Positions 1 through 8,400 of a DNA stretch of 20,000 nt are shown piece after piece. The DNA comes from Catajapyx aquilonaris (Eukaryota). The notes beneath the pieces were generated by a model. It worked only from the letters and a program-made list of their open reading frames with translations, ran no database searches and was not told the origin of the DNA. The translations under genes were made by a program, and so were the position numbers. The stretch's first letter is position 1, and every line of letters begins with the position of its first letter. The stretch is from assembly GCA_000934665.2 (NCBI GenBank), contig JYFJ02002021.1, positions 45,165 to 65,164 of the forward strand. Direction: 5' to 3'.

Positions 1-53
1 CAAATGGATCTAGCGAAAGAACGTTATACACATAAGAGATGTAACAGACTTGC

Positions 54-1369
54 CAACAAATTTCTGTGCCGATAAGGTTTGTCCGTAATTAACCATGAGT
101 GCAGACATAATTATCTCATCCGTGAAATGGTGCCCATACCCATCGCTACGAAAACCATCTTCACTCGAAGTCTCGGTCATGTTTATGAAGCTGGGGTCCA
201 TGGCTGTCAGAAGTTCTGCGACACTGTTAAAAGCTTCACCTTTTGCTTGCGCCGTGTATATTCTGAAAGTGAGACAATTAAGTGTTATTGTACGCGTGAT
301 TACCGAAACAACATCAATAACTTCACAAAGGACATCTTGATATTGGAAGTAACAAAGCCAAAAATGAATTGATTATTATCATTGTATTGACAGAAATATT
401 TCTGTCTCAGAATATGTTTACCATAAATTGCTGGTTAGTACAAAATTACACGGATGTACTCTGAGAAATGTCATGCGTAATTTTAAACTCACCTGTCAAA
501 CTTGTCCAGCATAGAAGAAATGGCCAGTTCCATTTTCATCATATTGAATCCATACTGATACAAAAATTTAGCAGCCGTAATTATCATGGAATTGCTCTCA
601 ACAAACACGAACTTCTCCCCATTGTATATTCCAACTTTCTCGTTCCCCGACTCCTTCGCCTCCAGATCTGAAATTCAACACGTCGACATTAACGACAATC
701 CAATTAAAAATAAAACCCGCTACTCACCGACAAGCTTAGCAAACTGACGGACATACTGGTTCCTCGGATGGATAATACTTCCACCTTCCTCGTACTCGTA
801 CCCGCTCACATTCACAGTCCGCAACCGTCCGCCAACTTGGTCCGCTTCGTACACATCAATTTCACATTTCCCTTTTCCAAAAAGCTGTTCCAAAAAGTAA
901 GCCGACGACACTCCGCCAATTCCAGCACCAATTATTCCTGAGAAAGTTAAACGAAGACATTATTAAGTCCGCAGAAGTAATTGTTGTATGACAAATTTGC
1001 CTTACATCCCTAGTATGGCATCACGAAACGCCCTGCGACATCCAATGGATATTTAAATGGATCTCCACCGGATATCTACATTGAATCTCCACCGGATATC
1101 TACATTGAATCTCCACCGGATATCTACATTGAATCTCCACTGGATATTTCAATATCCATAGGATGTCACTGTGCTACTTATTCTGATATTAAGACTTATC
1201 ATAATTACATTAATGACAATTAATAACATGAGACTGATGCAAATTATTGACATTTTTGGCACAAAATGGAATACTTGCCGATGCTTGGAACGTCGTCATT
1301 TCCTTCGTTAACCAAGGCTGTCATAAATGGGGCCGAAAGAAGTAGCAGCAACGAGCACTCGAATTTCAT
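54..1369 (-). CDS. PCYOX1: Prenylcysteine oxidase 1-like, 5' partial (first 4 coding exons; gene continues left of the window)
   Basis: Phase-consistent exons 1369-1279, 937-728, 667-493, 262-54. They give signal peptide MKFECSLLLLLSAPFMTA, FAD-binding IGIIGAGIGGVSSAYFL, VYEADQVGGRL, YEEGGSIIHPRNQY, GIYNGEKFVFVES and VNYGQ...FVG, all recognisable PCYOX1 motifs. Intron 1 and probably intron 4 need GC donors. Confidence 0.92.
1037..1167. repeat. 24-bp tandem array (GGATATCTACATTGAATCTCCACC, about 4 units) bracketed by 17-bp inverted repeats, in PCYOX1 intron 1
   Basis: Units start at 1047 (degenerate, 23 nt), 1070, 1094, 1118, with a partial unit at 1142. GACATCCAATGGATATT (1037-1053) matches the reverse complement of AATATCCATAGGATGTC (1151-1167) with 1 mismatch. 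Confidence 0.88.
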
Positions 1370-1816
1370 TATTAAATGTATATATTTTTGCGTAATTTTT
1401 TTAAATTGCGTTCACGCACTTTTTCGACTTGCAAAATTTTGGAACCGCGCGCGGTCGGCGACAGTCAACTGTTCTCTCAGACTGAAAAAAAAGTGATTGC
1501 GACAAATACATTCTTTATCTTGCCAAATAATATTAAGTTAATCTTTTTTTTTAAAAAAAAGTAGATAAGATATGTTTTTTAAAAATAATTTTATCATTCC
1601 ATTTCGAATAGCAGCTTCATTTGACTGCTACAATAAGCTGCGACTGTTAACAGCGTTTAGAGCCATCCCATTAGCTGCTTATTTTGAATGGATCGAAAAA
1701 TCACGTCGCGTTTGTCGGCCATGACAGGTTGGGGGGGAAAAAAATACGTGTCGTCTTTTCTTTTTTGATTCTTCGGCATAATTTTTGGCAATAATTTTGG
1801 TTCCGCCCGCTGCTAA
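1370..1816. promoter_or_regulatory. Probable bidirectional promoter region between PCYOX1 and BBIP1/LMBRD2
   Basis: Divergent start codons (1369 minus, 1817 plus) are separated by 447 bp of AT-rich sequence with CpG-containing patches. Transcription starts cannot be located from sequence. Confidence 0.6.
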
Positions 1817-2071
1817 ATGTCTGAACCAAAGCAGATCAGCTTCAAGGAGTTCCTCCCACGCAAAGGGCTGCTCCACCAGGAGGACGTCCCTACATACGCT
1901 CTGTGCAAGCCTAAGCTGATGCCCCTCAAGTCCTTCACACTGGAGAAGCTTGAAAAGGTTCAGAAAGAAGCGCAGGGAAAAGTTGCACAGGCCAGGAGAG
2001 AAGAGGAGGAGGAGGAAGAAGAAGAGGAAGAACAGGAAGGGCAAGGGGTAGTTGAAAGGGAAGAGTATTAA
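1817..2071 (+). CDS. BBIP1: BBSome-interacting protein 1 (BBIP10/BBS18) homolog, 84 aa, intronless coding region
   Basis: FKEFLPRKGLLHQED...LCKPKLMPLKSFTLEKLEKVQKEAQ matches the recalled BBIP1 core (FREVLPKQG..FVED...[20 protein letters not shown]). Codon usage is GC3-rich like the neighbouring genes. Confidence 0.92.
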   Translation: MSEPKQISFKEFLPRKGLLHQEDVPTYALCKPKLMPLKSFTLEKLEKVQKEAQGKVAQARREEEEEEEEEEEQEGQGVVEREEY

Positions 2072-2089
2072 ATAATAAAAGGAAGAACG

Positions 2090-4828
2090 ATGGGGGCCGG
2101 ACCTTTAGTTGTCGAGATTGTTCTGACGTTCCTTCTGGCCGCCGTTCTGCTGTACCAGTACGGGAACTGGCACAGGCATCACGTGGTGGTCACCGTGTCG
2201 GTGCTGGTCGCCTGGTACTTCTCGTTCATCATCGTGTTCATCCTGCCTCTGGACGTCTCCGGGGTGAGTCCGCACCTTTCGTAATGGACAAAGTGTTGTC
2301 CATTGCAACATTGCATGGCAACATGTTGACATTCATGCCAACATTGCGTGGCAACATGTTTGACATTCATGCCAACATTCCATGGCAACATGTTGACATT
2401 CATGCCAACATTGCGTGGCGACATGTTGACATTCATGCCAACATTGCTTGGCAACATGTTGCCATTCATGCCAACATTGCATGGCAACATGTTGAGATTC
2501 ATGCCAACATTGCGTGGCAACATGTTGAGATTCATGCCAACATTTCGTGGCAACATGGTTGCCATTGCCATGGCTACGGGGTTGTATAGCGATGTATTGA
2601 TGTGCTGATTGTTTAATTTTTTCAGACTATATACAACCAGTGCAGCAAGGAGCATGAGCTGATTTTTACGACGACTACTGCGGCGACGTTGTTGCCAAAT
2701 GCGACTAATATTACGATTGATTCGGATAATATTACGTACTTGTCTAATGAGACTGTTGTGCCTGAGGAGAATCCGTGCGTTCAGCCGTGGAGTTATGTCG
2801 ATAGGGATATCATGTGCGAGCTGTGGCGAGTTGTGTACTGGACTTCGCAATGTTTGACATGGTAATAGTTTCGTACTCTCAACGTGAATTTGGGGATGTC
2901 TAATGTACTTGTCGTTTCAGGCTGATACTCCCGCTGATGCAGTCGTACACTCAGGCAGGCGATTTCACCGTGGGAGGCAAACTCAAGTCTTCCCTTATAG
3001 ACAACGCCATCTACTACGGGTCATACATGTTCATATGCGGGATCCTGCTGATATACATTGCAATTAAGCCGATGCCATTGGACTGGTACGTTGCCTTTCG
3101 TTGGGATGTCGCACATTTGTTGCAACGGTTTTCCTTCAGGGCGCAACTGAAGGCCATAGCTGCAGCCGCAAGCAACACGTGGGGCCTATTCCTCCTGGTT
3201 CTGCTGTTGGGCTATGGGCTGGTCGAAGTCCCCCGCACTCTGTGGAACTCGAGCAAGCGGGGATTCACCCTGCAATATGCATACTTCAAAGCGGCCAAGC
3301 TCAGCCTGGAAAGAGGCGAGGCGGAAGAAGCTCTGGATGACGTCCTGGAGAGCCTTCTGGCTGCTTGCGAATCAGTCCGGGATGGAGGGAGGATGAGCGG
3401 GGTGCAATCGAGACAGAACGTGGAGACCATCCTGCAGAAAGTTCCTACCGAGCTCAGAGACAGGATGAACAGGAGGCCTCCACCGGACGACATCCCTGTT
3501 GAGCCTCTTTCGGAAAAGGCCCTGGTGAGTATCCACTAACCACGGCTGGTCAATCCGTAAAGCAAACTTTCCTTTCAGGTCCGGCTGCACCGCCAGACCA
3601 TCAAGGCCTTGCAACGTCACCACAGGACAGAGACCCAGTGGGGTCTTCTGATGGATGCGATCCTGGATCTGGAAGACATAAACCGCAACGAGGGCAGCAA
3701 TGACCGGTGCTTCAAGCCGACATTCCCGGTGACCAGACGTCCACGCTGGCTCTGGTTCTGGTACACTGCGAACGTGGAGTGGTACTGGAAGTGCCTACTG
3801 CGCAGCTACGTCCGGAAGGTCACCGCGGTTGCCCTGGGCATCCTCTCCGTCTTTGTCGTATGGTCGGAGGTGACCTTCTTCAACGAGAAGCCTGTGCTCT
3901 CTCTTTTCGCCGTGTTTGTCAACGTGGCCAAGCAGTCATACGACTACCTGTCTATTGAGCTCATATCCTCAGCTATCATCGGGTACCTCTGCGTGTGCGC
4001 ATACTACACCATCTTCAAGATCAGGGTACTCAACTTGTACTACCTGGCACCGTACCACCAAACGGACGAGTACAGCCTCATCTTTTCTGGGATGTGAGTG
4101 ACGTCCATCGATGTTTTATCGATCATACGAGTACTGTAACTTTGACTTGTTGCAGGTTGTTGTGCCGTCTGACTCCTCCGCTGTGCTTAAACTTCCTGGG
4201 CCTCGTGCACATGGATTCACATGTGATTAAGGATGCACATCTTGAGGCCTGCTACACTAAGATCATGGGCCACATGGACGTGCTGTCCATTGTATCGGAT
4301 GGCTTCAACGTGTACTTTCCGATGGGCATCCTGGCCCTCTGTCTGGCCACCTACTTTGACTTGGGTTCCCGTCTCCTCACCCTCCTCAGCTTCCAGCAGT
4401 TCATTGGCGACAATGACATCACGGCCAACTTGGTGGATGACGGCAGGGAGCTCATCCGAAGGGAGAAGAGGAGAAGGCAGAGGGCCGAGGAGTCCTCCCA
4501 GCGGCAGAGGGACTTCCAGGAGAAGTTCGGAGGCCACTCAGCTTACAGGAGCGCAAGGCAGAGAGCCGAGGAAAGAGGTACTTCTGTGGGATAAAATCAA
4601 CACGGGTTTAAGATTCCACTCATGCCTTTAATTCCCATTCCAGTACGTAATTTGAAGAGGACGGACTCGACAGAATCAGCCCGTGCTGAGTTGCTTCGAG
4701 ACGCTGAGCCAATTGACTATATGGGCACAGTTCATGATGCGAGGGGGCAGCAGCAGATGGGTGAACCTTCGGAGGCACCGTCTGTCCGACCGGGGCCTCC
4801 GCCTAGGGGGATTTTTGATGACGTGTGA
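2090..4828 (+). CDS. LMBRD2: LMBR1 domain-containing protein 2 (multi-pass membrane protein), 7 exons, about 693 aa
   Basis: GT-AG exons 2090-2263, 2626-2861, 2921-3085, 3140-3524, 3579-4093, 4156-4577, 4644-4828 total 2082 nt in one frame. Motifs: [91 protein letters not shown]-terminal IFDDV. Confidence 0.95.
2303..2580. repeat. 33-bp minisatellite (ATGCCAACATTGCGTGGCAACATGTTGACATTC, about 8 units) in LMBRD2 intron 1
   Basis: ATGCCAACATT recurs at 2335, 2369, 2402, 2435, 2468, 2501, 2534, with a degenerate unit from about 2303. Units carry the palindrome CAACATGTTG and a TGCCA..TGGCA inverted pair. Confidence 0.95.
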
Positions 4829-5049
4829 TAAGTGCCGCCCGCAACATTGCTGAGTAGTCTTTGGTTACAATTCTAGTCGTCAACAACATTATGCAACACA
4901 TTCCATGTGTGACTAATATTCCTTTATTGTAATTGTCATGTTTGTCTGTGCTCTTTCAATGTGTTTTATTGCTTTTCTAATTTTTAGGGCCAAATTATTT
5001 ATTCCCTTCTCCCCCGTCACCCCGTTAACTTATTGTTCTTCTTGTTACT

Positions 5050-5055
5050 AATAAA
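5050..5055 (+). terminator. Candidate poly(A) signal of LMBRD2
   Basis: First AATAAA I found downstream of the stop at 4828; a second lies at 5304-5309. Confidence 0.55.
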
Positions 5056-5498
5056 GTCTACTTACCTTCACTCAGAATTTTGAAATGACACAGTAGGTGA
5101 GCCACGTCATGATCTATTCCACTCGCACATTCAATTACACAGACCCGTACGCTTTTTCAAACTTACAATCTAACTGGCAGCTAAAACAAACTGTGACTGG
5201 TTCGCAAACTAAAAACTGCGCTTGGCACATGCATTTGTACCAAAAGAAAAACAAAAGCCAACTGATAAAACTATTCAGAAAAAAAAAGCAACAAGCAACC
5301 CAAAATAAAGTTAAAAATATTCATCACCACTCTCTATATAATAATTATAACAGTAGGCTGCTTTCACCACCCATAATTTTTTTTTTCCTTTTCTTTCTAG
5401 TAATAATACTTATTGTCAGCACTATAATTACACGACTACTACATTTCCACCTCCGTGGGGGGAAAAGGAGGAGTTTTGTGACTAGGTTGTGATCCACA

Positions 5499-8400
5499 CT
5501 AGCTGGATGAGGGTCCTTCCATATGCTGCATCTCGTAGAGCACCTATCGAAAGAAATTGTTGTCAAATAATGGATGAATTTACGGTTGATGATAGGCGAC
5601 TTATTTCTGAATGTCTTTTGCCGTTTGCATTATTCGAATCAACTTACCTCAAGGATGCATCCCATGCTCCACGCCTGCGTCATACAGCTTCCCCAGCACA
5701 GCTCGCCGTTTTTGTTGGTGAGCTCCGGCAGTCCTCTCCAGTTGCTCTTCTGTACCTCGCTGTAATGCCGGGACACCACTGATCGCACTGTCGTCATGCC
5801 CTCTTCTTGCTTTTCCTTGTCCTGCGCTTTAGACATCCTGAGCTTGGCCAGAAGGAAGTAGCCCATGGGCCAGACCCACTCGGGCCCCTGGTGATAGTTG
5901 AATCCGTGGGCAGTGGAAGGGTCGTAGCCGTCGTCACTGTTGTCGTAACGACCATTGTAGCACCAGTCGGCTGGGTCCAGTGTGCGCATACCCAGTGGAC
6001 CCATGAGGAGGGACTGAGCCTTGCTCAGAGCGATCCAAGCATGGTTAGGGTCAAATATATCTGGAGCGACAGCCATTGCTACCGGGAAGTTGCATCTGTA
6101 ACGAGATAAGGAAAAATTGAATGAATTTAAATCCTTGTTTCACGATTGAGGAAACCGACCTAAGCTGATAATCGGCCCATGGCTGTGACGCTCCGACAGA
6201 GTCCTTGTAAATCCCCCTCCTGTGGATCAGTTCCGAGTGATGCTCCCCTGACGATCCAGGTTCCAGGGCGATCCAGAACCACTTTTCGAAGTTTTCTTTT
6301 ATGGTGTCCTCCCACTGCTTGAAGGTCCAAAACACTCTCTCTTCGTCCACCTGCCGCTCGACTCCCTCATAGGGGTAGAGCCCCTCCGAGTGCAACTTTC
6401 CGAGCCACTTGACGGCTGCGTAGCTGAGCGCCACTATCTCTATGGCGCTCCCGTCCCGCGGGGTGGCTGGCTGTCCCTTATTCCCAGCCTTCTCACTGGA
6501 ACCCATCTTGTCCATCCAGGTCCCAGCATTGTGGATATTTCCGCCGTACACAAATCCAGTTTTCAGATTAACCCCAATGCTGTTGTTGAATCCTTCATCA
6601 TTCATGTGCGCATCGATCTGCAGTCCAGCATTGCGTTCTCGGAAGGTGACGCCAAGGAAGTGGCGCTGAACAGCCTCCTGAATTGTATCCGACAGAAGCT
6701 GGATTGAAGGGGCAGTGTCAGAGGTGACACTAGCACTAACAGTGCTTGTATGTGATTCACTCGTACTATCTTCTTCAGGGGTATCCACTGGAAACAGGCG
6801 GAGGACCTTATCCTGACAATCGCATAGATAGAAAATTATTAAGCACACGTAGGGCATTTCAGAGTAACGTGCTCAATGCAGTTAATAATACCTGAAGTAT
6901 TTTAGCCCCATCTGGAACCATCTCCACGTAGCACTTGATGCACCACAGCCACCACCACACAGCATCCCTGCAGTTGAATCGTGCACACACTCCCCTGTCC
7001 AGCAGGTTGGGAATAAGCCCATGCCGCATTGCTCCTGCGAAACCCAGTATGATGAAGCGAGCCTCCTGGAAGCGGTCCGTCAGCAACAGCATTCCTCTGA
7101 GGGCAATAAACGTGTCCCGACCCCAGTTTCGCATGTAGCCGACCGAAAAGTGGGGTAGGCCTGCCGCCAACGTCGGGCAGGCCTCTTCCTTCTCACCCGC
7201 GTCGTTAAAGCACGTAGGCGGTGTGGGAGGGCTCAGGGTGGAGCACAACTTTGGCAGGCAGGCTGATGGCACGTAACCCGTCATTTGCACTGAGCCTAAG
7301 GCCAACATCTGGACAAACGTTGACCCCTCCCTCACAAATCTGCAAGTAGAAAGATCCGCAATAAGTACCATTTTCACATGATCTTTCCCGTAAGTACTTA
7401 CTTGCTGAAGAGATCCCATGCGTGATTGATGATGGCCAGGTATATGGCACATAGTACGGCTTCGAAGTAGCAAGGTATCAGGTAGCGTGGAATTTTCTTC
7501 AGTATCTGAAGGTTTTTCTGCATCCACTGGCCTAGACACTGTGTGCTGGTATGTTGCAGGAGTCGTCCATACGTGTACTCTGTTGTAGGGGAATGAGACG
7601 CAATCAATATAAATCGCACACAACAAGACAAGTGCGATAGCTCACCAAGCAGCCAGTCACCATCTCGGAGGTTAGAGCACAGTGGGTGACCCAGGTCGTT
7701 GCTCAACTTGATGGTGGACATCAGTGATATGATCCCTTGAAAACCACAGTAGTTGAGAGGCCCGTAGTTCGGTATGTTGTAGACCCCCCAGCCTTTCCCG
7801 TCTTCCTTCTCCTCCTCTTCGCAGCGGTAAAGGACACGGTTCAGGCTATTCAGGGTCAGATCTCTTATCAGACGTCGAAGCCGAAGAACATCTCCTTCCT
7901 GCAGGTCACGCGGGTTGCGATACATTTCCATTATCATGGATCGTGATATATTCACAGCATCGTGGTGGGATGGGTTCAACCTCACCCTGCAATGTGACAT
8001 GTTTTAAATTCCCATGACCATCAAGTTTTTTGGGAGATAACTAACCTGAAAGCGATGATGCTACCAGGCTGAAAAGTGTGAAACCCAATCTGTGTGACAT
8101 TTGGAGTCCCAGAATTCTCCAGCCGAACCATCTGCGATTCTGCCAGTGGGAAGTGCTCTTTCACATCCGCTGAATAGTCCACCAGACCAGTAATGTATTC
8201 TCCGTGCTTCTCATGCTTTCCAGGGCGGATGAAGTTAGGACTCCCACCGGCTTTGGTATTATGGTGAAGCGCACGTGACTCCAAGATCACTTCCACTACC
8301 ATCCCTTCAACTCGCAAGGGGGGAACATCATTACGCCAGAAATTCTCATCCGGCAGGCCAAATGCTGTATACGCCCGAAGGATCACGGACTCATGTGTAA

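Noticed and set aside
1679..2044. 121-aa minus-strand ORF with a hydrophobic N-terminus
   Set aside because: Antisense shadow of BBIP1; the Phe/Leu run is the reverse complement of the Glu codons.
2048..2081. GT..AG micro-intron that could remove the BBIP1 stop
   Set aside because: Only 34 nt, purine-rich with no pyrimidine tract, and it would shift the frame.
2303..2570. CRISPR-like array of about 33-bp palindromic repeats
   Set aside because: Units are head-to-tail with no unique spacers, lie in a spliceosomal intron of an animal gene, and no cas genes are present.
2179..2850. Repetitive ORFs 2284-2589, 2348-2608 (+) and 2179-2850 (-)
   Set aside because: Artefacts of a stop-poor 33-bp (11-codon) repeat and of the antisense of LMBRD2 exon 2.
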